Virus record (IMG/VR): IMGVR_UViG_3300022074_000002
Strand: one strand, 5' to 3'
Origin: a virus
Length of the DNA: 64,000 nt
Every line of letters starts with the position of its first letter. The first letter of the stretch is position 1. Of the stretch, positions 34,519-42,361 are shown in pieces. The position numbers were made by a program, and so were the translations under genes. A model generated the notes under the pieces. The model was not told the DNA's origin. It saw nothing but the letters and a program-made list of their open reading frames with translations, and made no database searches.

Positions 34519-34773
34519 ATGACAACAGCAACTTATCAAGCGAACCTAACCGACACTGAGTATAACGGTTGGACTAACTACGAGACTTGGAATGTCGGTC
34601 TTTGGTTAGGCGGTGACGAAGGTTTATATGATATCGCTAGACGTGCCTTGGATTATGATCACCTAGTTGAGATGCTCACATGCATAGGATCCGAGACAAC
34701 TGGCGACGGTGTGCGATGGGATGACCCAAAGGTGAACACATGCGAAATAGATGAGATGCTGGAGGATATCTAA
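34519..34773 (+). CDS. conserved phage early protein (YNGWTNYETW family)
   Basis: YNGWTNYETWNVGLWL..DEGLY..T.DGVRWDDP; start at ATG 34519. Confidence 0.75.
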   Translation: MTTATYQANLTDTEYNGWTNYETWNVGLWLGGDEGLYDIARRALDYDHLVEMLTCIGSETTGDGVRWDDPKVNTCEIDEMLEDI

Positions 34774-34854
34774 ATGAGCAGCAACAACTTCCCGCACCAC
34801 GAAAACTATAGCACAGTTGGATCACCCGCTGTGCTATGGGTACTCAGCCGCATT

Positions 34855-34912
34855 GTGCCACTTATCAAACTGTCCATTACATGTAGCAGGAGTATATTCC
34901 ATGCTCTATAAT
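34855..34912 (+). promoter_or_regulatory. early promoter with upstream palindrome
   Basis: GTGCCACTTatcaAACTGTCCAT; TATAAT 34907. Confidence 0.75.
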
Positions 34913-34937
34913 TTAATCATAGCATACAACACACTTC

Positions 34938-35243
34938 ATGAAAAGACTCGAACTAATAATGGGAAGAAACATTCCCAACGCAGGAAAGGTTTCAGACAAC
35001 ATGATAAACGACTTTATTAAGTCAGAGATCATTCCTCATTTTGAGTATGGCACATTTATTGATGGCGAGGGGTTATGGAAAGGAGAATTTGAAAACACTA
35101 AGATTTTTTATATCGAGGTGCCTGATCATGAAGCAATCGCTACATCAGTTTTATTAAAGCACATTGCCGACAGATACCGCAAGGCATTTAGGCAAGAGAG
35201 TGTGCTAGTTTCAGAGGTGTCTACTCAAACAACATTTGTTTGA
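34938..35243 (+). CDS. DUF3574-like protein
   Basis: GRNIP..G.VSD..I..FI...I.PHF..GT..DG.G.WKG..E.TKI..YRKAFRQESVL. Confidence 0.7.
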   Translation: MKRLELIMGRNIPNAGKVSDNMINDFIKSEIIPHFEYGTFIDGEGLWKGEFENTKIFYIEVPDHEAIATSVLLKHIADRYRKAFRQESVLVSEVSTQTTFV

Positions 35244-35283
35244 GTACATGCCTTATAATGTAATTAATTAAACAAATCAGACT

Positions 35284-35760
35284 ATGCCAAATCATTGCTA
35301 CAACAGAGTGAGTGTCTATTCAGATAATGAGCAGGACATACAAACACTCTTCGACATATTCGAGAATGGAACTAACCCGAAGAATGATCTAACAGTATTT
35401 GGTCAGATCATTCCCGAACCAAATTGGAAAGAGATCCCAGTCGGGGGTAAACTGCCTGTAATGGATAAACGTGAATTTGGAATGGGTTTATCCTTTGAAT
35501 CTACAGACGAAGAAGGACGTCCGCAACTGACACAAGATGCCAGATGGTATGACTGGCGAATTCAAAACTGGGGTACTAAATGGGATTGCTACGACTTAAC
35601 CATTGACGAAAGCGAATTGCCTAATGGTTTTGAAGCATCATTTAATACTGCATGGTCACCGCCAGAAGACATTTATAATGCACTCAAAGAAAAATTTGAA
35701 GGCATGAGCATTAGTTGGTTCTATGACGAACCAGGTATGGAGATCGCTGGTTATCTGTAG
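35284..35760 (+). CDS. DUF1281/YubB ferredoxin-like protein
   Basis: MPNHCYN..WYDWRIQNWGTKWD..F.TAWSPPE..WFYDEPGM. Confidence 0.8.
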   Translation: MPNHCYNRVSVYSDNEQDIQTLFDIFENGTNPKNDLTVFGQIIPEPNWKEIPVGGKLPVMDKREFGMGLSFESTDEEGRPQLTQDARWYDWRIQNWGTKWDCYDLTIDESELPNGFEASFNTAWSPPEDIYNALKEKFEGMSISWFYDEPGMEIAGYL

Positions 35761-35815
35761 ACAATTTACAAACTGTCCACTACCTATTGCACAGTCAAAC
35801 GTAGTGGACTATAAT
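35757..35815 (+). promoter_or_regulatory. early promoter with upstream palindrome
   Basis: GTAGACAATTtacaAACTGTCCAC; TTGCAC 35787, 17-bp spacer, TATAAT 35810. Confidence 0.8.
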
Positions 35816-35838
35816 AAGAATATAAATCAAACAACATT

Positions 35839-35991
35839 ATGTCAACTCTACATCACGAATCAATCTTTGAAACAATCCTTGACGAAGTATGCGAGGAATT
35901 CGGTATCGAATACGATCCAATGGGCGACCCAGACGTTAACAACGTTATCGACGAAATGGTCATGGAAAAATTCTTAAGCATGGGAGGGTAA
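35839..35991 (+). CDS. small acidic early protein (MSTLHHE family)
   Basis: MSTLHHESIFETILDEVCEEFGIEYDPMGDPDVNNVIDEMVMEKFLSMGG*. Confidence 0.7.
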   Translation: MSTLHHESIFETILDEVCEEFGIEYDPMGDPDVNNVIDEMVMEKFLSMGG

Positions 35992-35992
35992 T

Positions 35993-36173
35993 ATATGGGC
36001 AGTAGGCAGGGGTTGCGTTAACTAATCGCATTTAAATCGAACCTCTACGTAAGACCCAATATCTTCACCTGACCCGTGAACAGTGCACAGACCTGTAACT
36101 CTGATAGGCATGGAATTTGCTAGGAGGGTCGGTCAATCCTCCGCCAACCACACAACACGGCAGCTGGCACCTT
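35993..36173 (+). ncRNA. candidate structured non-coding RNA
   Basis: 180-nt ORF-free segment, higher GC, several possible stems. Confidence 0.3.
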
Positions 36174-36231
36174 GTGCCAGTTGTCAAACTGTCCACTAGA
36201 TTGTTGACATAAGCATCTAGTGGATTATACT
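36174..36231 (+). promoter_or_regulatory. early promoter with upstream palindrome
   Basis: GTGCCAGTTgtcaAACTGTCCAC; TTGACA 36204; TATACT 36226. Confidence 0.8.
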
Positions 36232-36254
36232 TAAGTTAATCAGACAAAAGTATT

Positions 36255-36422
36255 ATGTTCGACAATCAACTAAGACCTTACTTCGACGGGCGAGTATTAG
36301 CAAACTCTTCAGCGATGCAAGACCCCGCAGTTAAGGCAGCACTTGCAGCAATGGCAGCAAGAAACTTTGAACCACTTCCAACACCTAACGAGGGAGTTTG
36401 GAATATATCCGATAGGCACTAA
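36255..36422 (+). CDS. small early hypothetical protein
   Basis: MFDNQLRPYFDGRVLANSSAMQDPAVKAALAAMAARNF..*, 55 aa. Confidence 0.65.
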   Translation: MFDNQLRPYFDGRVLANSSAMQDPAVKAALAAMAARNFEPLPTPNEGVWNISDRH

Positions 36423-36423
36423 T

Positions 36424-36482
36424 GTGCCAGTTGGCAAACTGTCCACTGGGGTTGTTGACAACCAATCCCTAGGGACTATAAT
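36424..36482 (+). promoter_or_regulatory. early promoter with upstream palindrome
   Basis: GTGCCAGTTggcaAACTGTCCAC; TTGACA 36455; TATAAT 36477. Confidence 0.8.
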
Positions 36483-36510
36483 AAAAACATAAATCAGAAA
36501 CAAACACATC

Positions 36511-37119
36511 ATGGGCAAAGGCAGAATCGAACTCAACACAGCAGGCGGTCTCTACATTATGTTCGCTACTGAGGAGCATTACGAGAGAGCAACTGGAAAC
36601 GGTAAAATCAAGATCGGTCTATCATACTCTTGTGAGTGGGGAACAATCCAGAGATACAAAGAGCATAGCACCTCATGTGCAGACAAGATACATAACATTG
36701 CTCTATGGGCATGTGATGAGGGAACAGACATTCCAACACCCGAAGGAACTAAAGGCGGTGTATTTGAAATGGAACAGTATCTCCACTCAGTGTGCAAGTC
36801 TTACGGATGGGAGCAGATCGGATCAGGCAAAGAGTGGTTCGCTGTACCTATGTCAGTCATCCAGATGATTAACGACATCACAGCAGGAGAGAGTTTTGAT
36901 TACACAGCATGTCCAGAGATCGCACGCAGCATGTACTATGCACCTAAATTTGAAGACATGCCAAGCATGGACGAGACACGCAGAAGGACATGGTGTAAGA
37001 AGAGCAGAGACAGAAAGATCAGCACATGCGACAGATCACCAATGCAGATGTCAAAGGACACAGCAGCAGAGAGAACATATGCCAGAGACTACATGTTAAA
37101 CAGGGGCGAGGTTAAATAA
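36511..37119 (+). CDS. T5orf172/GIY-YIG-like nuclease domain protein
   Basis: IKIGLS...QRYKEH...FEMEQYLH...GKEWF. Confidence 0.7.
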   Translation: MGKGRIELNTAGGLYIMFATEEHYERATGNGKIKIGLSYSCEWGTIQRYKEHSTSCADKIHNIALWACDEGTDIPTPEGTKGGVFEMEQYLHSVCKSYGWEQIGSGKEWFAVPMSVIQMINDITAGESFDYTACPEIARSMYYAPKFEDMPSMDETRRRTWCKKSRDRKISTCDRSPMQMSKDTAAERTYARDYMLNRGEVK

Positions 37120-37146
37120 CCCCTGTTTACATTCCGTGACATATGG

Positions 37147-37175
37147 TTGACTTCCCTAGGGATATCCTTTATAAT
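37147..37175 (+). promoter_or_regulatory. sigma70 promoter
   Basis: TTGACT 37147, 17-bp spacer, TATAAT 37170; spacer TCCCTAGGGA shared with the 36455 promoter. Confidence 0.7.
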
Positions 37176-37203
37176 TAGAATATAAATCAGTTCAGTTTTT
37201 ATT

Positions 37204-37413
37204 ATGTTTACATACACAGTCACCGCTTATAACAAGTTCGGCAAACCAATGGCAACAGAGGTTGTAACAGACACTTGGGAAGCAACCGAGTTAAGTCTTA
37301 GCATGAGTGAGTGCTTCGGATACGCAGAGACCATTTGCGATAACTTCCAAACACATGAGGGTGAGTATGGTGAGAGACCAGCAGCACTAGGCGACAGACA
37401 GTATAACTTCTGA
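37204..37413 (+). CDS. conserved early hypothetical protein
   Basis: 69 aa; A.EL...MSE.FGYAE..H.GEYGERP..LG. Confidence 0.7.
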   Translation: MFTYTVTAYNKFGKPMATEVVTDTWEATELSLSMSECFGYAETICDNFQTHEGEYGERPAALGDRQYNF

Positions 37414-37425
37414 TCGCCCAGACAG

Positions 37426-37460
37426 CGACCCCGCCCCTGACTGTATGTTGGGGGTTTTTT
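37426..37460 (+). terminator. terminator-like element ending the early island
   Basis: C-rich then GGGGG-TTTTTT. Confidence 0.4.
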
Positions 37461-37596
37461 GATGGGGGGTTCGGTGCCAAGCAAAATTAGAAAACGCTAA
37501 CCTACAAAAGTATCCACTTGACCGAGAAATAAATATTAAAAGGAAAATGAAAAACCAAAACCAAAAAAACCCAAAAAATTTTCCTGGTAAAAAAAC

Positions 37597-37863
37597 ATGA
37601 AAAAAGTCGCACACCAATTCTTTGAAGATGACGGACTAGATTACGAAGACATGCTGAATGACTTCGATACTTTCTGTGATCAGTTCGAGAAGAGGGCATC
37701 TGAATCATATAATGGAGGTGATCCAAACAATGGAAGAGTTATCAAAGAAATTGAACGAATTGGAGGAGACACTCCTATGGCAGTCCGAGAAGTTAAACAC
37801 CCTAGAGAAGACTTTGGAGAGACTGGCGAACCCGTCATTGATGTACAAGCGACCAACGGGTGA
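37597..37863 (+). CDS. acidic hypothetical protein
   Basis: 88 aa ORF. Confidence 0.55.
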   Translation: MKKVAHQFFEDDGLDYEDMLNDFDTFCDQFEKRASESYNGGDPNNGRVIKEIERIGGDTPMAVREVKHPREDFGETGEPVIDVQATNG

Positions 37864-37957
37864 GGATTATGAGACTGTCGCTCAGACACTCGACTATCTT
37901 CACAATAATATCGAAGGTCTCAAAGAAGATCTCACAAAAGTAGCGAGGGCAGTATAA
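37712..37957 (+). CDS. coiled-coil hypothetical protein
   Basis: ATG 37712 or 37730; YKRP..EDYETVAQTLDYLHNNIEG; TAATG coupling to the next gene. Confidence 0.6.
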   Translation: MEVIQTMEELSKKLNELEETLLWQSEKLNTLEKTLERLANPSLMYKRPTGEDYETVAQTLDYLHNNIEGLKEDLTKVARAV

Positions 37958-38121
37958 TGTCACATTACACAGTAGGTTATCATGACCAACAAAGACATCA
38001 CTTTGAAATCTGCGAATATGCAGAGAGTACATTTGATGCAATTCAACATGCTAAGGAAGACGTTCCTTTTCTGAAAGAACATCCTCAGTATATTGATGAA
38101 GTACTATTAGAAAACATATGA
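37957..38121 (+). CDS. small conserved cyanobacterial/cyanophage protein
   Basis: MSHYTVGYHDQQRHHFEICEYAESTFDAIQHAKEDVPFLKEHP..*, 54 aa, not in track. Confidence 0.7.
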   Translation: MSHYTVGYHDQQRHHFEICEYAESTFDAIQHAKEDVPFLKEHPQYIDEVLLENI

Positions 38122-38430
38122 GTATCAAAGCACCAGACAAATTACCTTATGATGAATGGTTTGATGACAATCCTCTGAAGGATTCAAAGTATATTGACAC
38201 ACCTTTATATGCATCATCTGATATATCGGTACATCAACAGATGTATGAATTTTGTACTAGAATGTTAAGTAAAATCGGTGGATCTGAAAATGCTTATTGA
38301 TGTAACTAAAGAAGAACTCGAAGTCATTGTACTACAGTTATGGAAGTCTCGGAAATCTGAAGAGAAAGTACGAGTGGTATATGAGAAGATGGAACCACTT
38401 CTAAATATTTGTAACTGTCAGGAGAAGTAA
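38118..38430 (+). CDS. two small hypothetical ORFs (38118-38300, 38290-38430)
   Basis: Overlapping starts and stops; second reads MLIDVTKEELEVIVLQLWKSRK.. Confidence 0.55.
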
Positions 38431-38807
38431 TGGCATTTCTAATTAAAAAGGAGACAATAGATACAGAGTCGGTAGGACCGTTCTGTGATTATCCTGCACA
38501 GACATTAGATGGTACTCCGTTCATGTCACCGAATGTGAAGGTTGGTCAGAGACCTGTACCGATATATGATGCAACAAGTTTACCAAGTATAGTGCCAGGC
38601 ATTAGGAGAGGTATACCACAGTGTACTAGCACAGGTCAACGGATTATTACTCCTGCTGTCAATACGACAGTTATGATTAATGGGAGACTACCCGCTGTTC
38701 AAGGTGATAATGCAACACTGGATGGAATTAGTACACCTAGACCCTTGACAGGACCATGGTTAAGTAGTACAATACAGATAGGAACTTCTGGAGGACAGAA
38801 TATTTAA
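38430..38807 (+). CDS. PAAR-like spike tip protein (gp5.4-like)
   Basis: VNTTVMINGRLPAVQGD resembles the PAAR core (TV.INGKPAARVGD); upstream of gp25/gp6. Confidence 0.55.
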   Translation: MAFLIKKETIDTESVGPFCDYPAQTLDGTPFMSPNVKVGQRPVPIYDATSLPSIVPGIRRGIPQCTSTGQRIITPAVNTTVMINGRLPAVQGDNATLDGISTPRPLTGPWLSSTIQIGTSGGQNI

Positions 38808-38953
38808 TGGCGAAAGCAAAAGGTGGTTTTGGTGTATCTCAGACTATAGAAGCAACACCAAAGAAAACAAGACAGGGTACAGGATCACATACAAAGTATT
38901 CTGCGACTAGTAGAAATAAAGCAAGGAAGAGATATAGAGGACAAGGAAAGTGA
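38807..38953 (+). CDS. small basic conserved protein
   Basis: MAKAKGG..KKTRQGTGSHTKYSATSRNKARKRYRGQGK*, 48 aa. Confidence 0.7.
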   Translation: MAKAKGGFGVSQTIEATPKKTRQGTGSHTKYSATSRNKARKRYRGQGK

Positions 38954-39171
38954 CTGAGAAGAACTATATTACTAAAGCGAAGAATCAATTCAAGTCATCT
39001 GCATATTACACATTCTGGGGTGTTGCTACAATTGCTGTAGTTGCAGGACAGGTGTATGTTGGCACTGGTTATAGAGCGATGAGCAGTAGTATTGAAGAAC
39101 TTATCGACGCTTATACAGATAGACCGAAGATAGCACCAGCAGACCTTTACTCCATGCCGATAATACGATGA
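38950..39171 (+). CDS. small membrane protein
   Basis: YYTFWGVATIAVVAGQVYVGTGYR; GTG start. Confidence 0.65.
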   Translation: MTEKNYITKAKNQFKSSAYYTFWGVATIAVVAGQVYVGTGYRAMSSSIEELIDAYTDRPKIAPADLYSMPIIR

Positions 39172-39320
39172 AGTGTTGGCACTGTAATACTGAGTTGATT
39201 TGGGGTGGGGATAACTCCATGGAAGAGTTGAATGATGGCGATGAGTCTGAGTATGACTTCTGGTCTAACTTCACTTGTCCAAAATGTCAAGCATACGTTG
39301 AGGTATTTCATCACAAATGA
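39168..39320 (+). CDS. small zinc-ribbon protein
   Basis: MKCWHC...CPKC, 50 aa, ATGA overlaps on both sides. Confidence 0.65.
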   Translation: MKCWHCNTELIWGGDNSMEELNDGDESEYDFWSNFTCPKCQAYVEVFHHK

Positions 39321-39973
39321 ATTTGATTTGTAATTTGCCTTCTGAGAAGGTGTGGGTACGAAAAGAATATTTAACTGATCATCAAAGTGGATTTGGTGAG
39401 TTTGTCGAGGGCGTCTGGGTTGCTTGTAAGAGTATACCTGGTCGTGCTTTTTATTTTGAGACTTACTTACCTGAGTATGGTGCGATGTATGATAAACTTC
39501 CTATAAGTGCCTTTCTCCGAGCACCGAAAACGCCGACGCCCGATATGAGTCTAGAGAATCTGCAATTTTGGAATTGTATGGACTATGGTGTGATGGCAAT
39601 CAATAAAGGTTTCGTATCTTCTATGGATGCGGAGATACGGACAAGAGACCATGGTCTGATGAAAGGTCAGTATATCTTTACTCTTGATAACTACCATGCG
39701 AACCCTGATGTGATAGATAATAATGTAAGTGAAGTGCCACAAGAGCATAAGAGTCATAATTGTATCCAACTAGAGAATGGACAGTATGCATTGTATCCTA
39801 ATAATAGAATGCGTTTGTATGACCTCTCTATCACCCCTCAAGAACCGAAGACACCAGACTTTAAGGTTTCTACCATAGAGTACCAAGTCGAGAATGGGAC
39901 TGAGTGGGGACGGTTAGGAGATACCGATGATTATTTCTGGGAAACACCAAAGGAGAAAACAAATGGTAATTAA
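39317..39973 (+). CDS. conserved marine phage hypothetical protein
   Basis: NLP..VWVRKEYL..FETYLPEYGAMYDKLPISAF..LQFWNC..HKS.N. Confidence 0.75.
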   Translation: MNLICNLPSEKVWVRKEYLTDHQSGFGEFVEGVWVACKSIPGRAFYFETYLPEYGAMYDKLPISAFLRAPKTPTPDMSLENLQFWNCMDYGVMAINKGFVSSMDAEIRTRDHGLMKGQYIFTLDNYHANPDVIDNNVSEVPQEHKSHNCIQLENGQYALYPNNRMRLYDLSITPQEPKTPDFKVSTIEYQVENGTEWGRLGDTDDYFWETPKEKTNGN

Positions 39974-40142
39974 AGTAGACAAATCTGAGGAATTTATAAA
40001 AAGTGGGAAGAAACTCATCTCTGAGTACGATGCACAAGAATGGATAGACAAAATTGAAAAGAATGACGAAAGAGAATTGTTTGAGATGAAGAGAAAGAAG
40101 GAATTCCTTGACGAGTGCACTAAGTTCAGAAAAGATGGATAA
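39963..40142 (+). CDS. small hypothetical protein
   Basis: MVIKVDKSEEFIKSGKKLISEY.. Confidence 0.6.
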   Translation: MVIKVDKSEEFIKSGKKLISEYDAQEWIDKIEKNDERELFEMKRKKEFLDECTKFRKDG

Positions 40143-40145
40143 ATA
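40138..40145 (+). promoter_or_regulatory. late promoter variant GATAAATA
   Basis: 1 mismatch to TATAAATA, upstream of gp25. Confidence 0.5.
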
Positions 40146-40168
40146 AAAGCAGCCCATGCTGTCTTTAA

Positions 40169-40561
40169 ATGCCAGAAGTCTCAACCTTCAAAGATTTGAG
40201 TATTACATTCAAAAAACATCCTGTTACTAACGATTTGGTAACAGTGAAGGATAAGGCTGCTGTTGCACAATCAATAAAAGGATTATTACTTACTAGAAGA
40301 GGTGAAAGACCATTCCAACCAGAAATAGGAAGTGGTCTACAGGATCTATTGTTTGAACCATTAGATTATGGTACTGCTGGATTAATTAAAAAAGAAATTA
40401 AAGAAACTCTCAATAGGTACGAACCTAGAATATCAATTCAAGGACTTAACTGCTATCCACGAACTGACGAGAATGGATATGAAGTGCAATTAGAGTATAT
40501 GATCTTAGGTAGAGAAGACAGAGCAGTTGGGATAGATATATTTCTAGAGCGTACACGATAA
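40169..40561 (+). CDS. gp25: baseplate wedge subunit gp25
   Basis: FKDLS..F..HPVTND..AV.QSIK.LLLT..GERPFQP.IGS..L..LLFEP..YEPRI. Confidence 0.93.
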   Translation: MPEVSTFKDLSITFKKHPVTNDLVTVKDKAAVAQSIKGLLLTRRGERPFQPEIGSGLQDLLFEPLDYGTAGLIKKEIKETLNRYEPRISIQGLNCYPRTDENGYEVQLEYMILGREDRAVGIDIFLERTR

Positions 40562-42357
40562 TGCCTTATACTCAGGTTGCCAATTTAGATTTTGATAATA
40601 TCAAAACTCAACTCAAAGAATATTTGAGGAGTCAGAATGATTTTACTGATTATGATTTTGAAGGGTCTGCACTAGCAACTCTGATAGACACTCTTGCTTA
40701 TAATACCTACTATACAGCGTTCAATACGAACATGGTAGTCAATGAACTGTTCCTTGATTCAGCAACGCTAAGAGACAACGTAGTAGCACTAGCAAAGCAA
40801 TTAGGATATAGACCAAAGAGTGCAACATCTCCTACAGCATATATTTCATTTACTGTTACCTATACTAATGCAACAACTGATAAAGAATTAAATTTAAAAC
40901 AAGGAACAGGATTTATTAGTAACTATGATAATGTCATTTACAATTATATTGTTACAAGTGATGTAAAGGCACAAGTAATAAATGGTGTTGCAACATTTAG
41001 TAACGTACCAATTAGAGAAGGAACACTATTAACAAACGAATTTGTAATAAACACTGCATCTAAGAGTCAAAGATTTATATTAGATAACCCTAACATTGAT
41101 ACTAATACAGTCTCAGTCACTGTATATCCTACTGGTGGATCTTTTAATGAACCATATTTACTTGCTGATAACATATTAGGAGTTGATGGTGCATCAAAAG
41201 TCTTCTTCTTAGATGAAATTGAGGACGGTAGGTATGAAATTTTAATGGGTGATGGTGTTCTAGGTAAGAAACTAGAGAACAATGCACGTATTGATGTATC
41301 ATATGTAACAACATCAGGTCCTGTAAGTAATGGTGTTAAGGCATTTGTATTTTCTGGTGTGATAGAAAACGAATTTGGAGTTTCTCCTAATGCGTTTACA
41401 ACAACAATTGTATCAAGCGTTGCTGCATCGGGCGGTGAAGAGATAGAAACAACTGCTAAGATAAAATACACTGCTCCAAAAGCATATGGCACACAAGACC
41501 GTGCAGTGACCGCTAACGACTACGAAACAATTGTAAGAAAAGTATATCCAGCAACAAGTGATATTATCATATTTGGTGGAGAGGATCAAGAACCACCAGA
41601 ATATGGAAAAGTATTCATTGTATTGAAACCAACTGATGCTAGTTACCTTACATCGTTGACTAAATCACAGATCATTGCTGATCTTAAAAAATATGTTGTT
41701 GCATCTGTAGAACCACAGATAGTAGATCCTTCTATTCTATTTGTTGAAATGACAAGTAAGATCTATTATAACGGAGGTATGACAGATCAGACTCCTTCTA
41801 ATATTAGAGATAGCGTAATCACTTCTATACAAGGTTATATTAATGAAAGTGATACTGAGAAATTTAATGGTAAGTTTAGGTATAGTAAGTTTGTGGGTGT
41901 TATAGATGATGCTGATGTTAGTATCAATTCTAATCTCACTAGTCTCATGATGAGAAAAGACTTCTATCCTCAGTTAAATTCTACCTTCTATTATGAGGTA
42001 TGTTTCCAGAATGCCTTTGATGAAGACTGTGACGATCCAGTCTTATCATCTACTGGTTTTAGAGTAACAGAATATCCTAATTTTGATGTCTATGTTGAAG
42101 ATAGAAATAAGAAAATTGTCCTATATAGACTAGATAGCGTAACTGGTGAGAAAGTTGTTCTAGACAGTGATATTGGCGACATAGATTATGTAAAAGGTGA
42201 GTTGAAGATGTATGCTTTGACAATTATTAAAGGTAGTTTCTTTGATAATCGTATTTCACTAAGAGTAAAACCACTATCAAACGACATTAAGGCAATGCGT
42301 GAGGTATACCTTGACGTTGACGTTCCTAATTCATCCTTCACTGCATATAAAGAGTAA
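40561..42357 (+). CDS. gp6: baseplate wedge subunit gp6
   Basis: LDFDNIK..LK.YLRSQ..FTDYDFEGS.L..L.D.LAYNTYY..FLDSATLRDNVV.LAK.LGY.PKS. Confidence 0.93.
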   Translation: MPYTQVANLDFDNIKTQLKEYLRSQNDFTDYDFEGSALATLIDTLAYNTYYTAFNTNMVVNELFLDSATLRDNVVALAKQLGYRPKSATSPTAYISFTVTYTNATTDKELNLKQGTGFISNYDNVIYNYIVTSDVKAQVINGVATFSNVPIREGTLLTNEFVINTASKSQRFILDNPNIDTNTVSVTVYPTGGSFNEPYLLADNILGVDGASKVFFLDEIEDGRYEILMGDGVLGKKLENNARIDVSYVTTSGPVSNGVKAFVFSGVIENEFGVSPNAFTTTIVSSVAASGGEEIETTAKIKYTAPKAYGTQDRAVTANDYETIVRKVYPATSDIIIFGGEDQEPPEYGKVFIVLKPTDASYLTSLTKSQIIADLKKYVVASVEPQIVDPSILFVEMTSKIYYNGGMTDQTPSNIRDSVITSIQGYINESDTEKFNGKFRYSKFVGVIDDADVSINSNLTSLMMRKDFYPQLNSTFYYEVCFQNAFDEDCDDPVLSSTGFRVTEYPNFDVYVEDRNKKIVLYRLDSVTGEKVVLDSDIGDIDYVKGELKMYALTIIKGSFFDNRISLRVKPLSNDIKAMREVYLDVDVPNSSFTAYKE

Positions 42358-42361
42358 GTAA

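Noticed and set aside
32063-34773. Extended N-termini in the ORF track (32063, 32782, 34345; also 28415 and 29132)
   Set aside because: They run through promoters or upstream genes; downstream ATGs with AC-rich leaders are more plausible
28323-36482. Repeated palindromes as a possible CRISPR array or recombination cassette system
   Set aside because: Irregular spacing, degenerate copies, each followed by -35/-10 and a gene: these are promoters. Recombination between them is not excluded, but there is no evidence here
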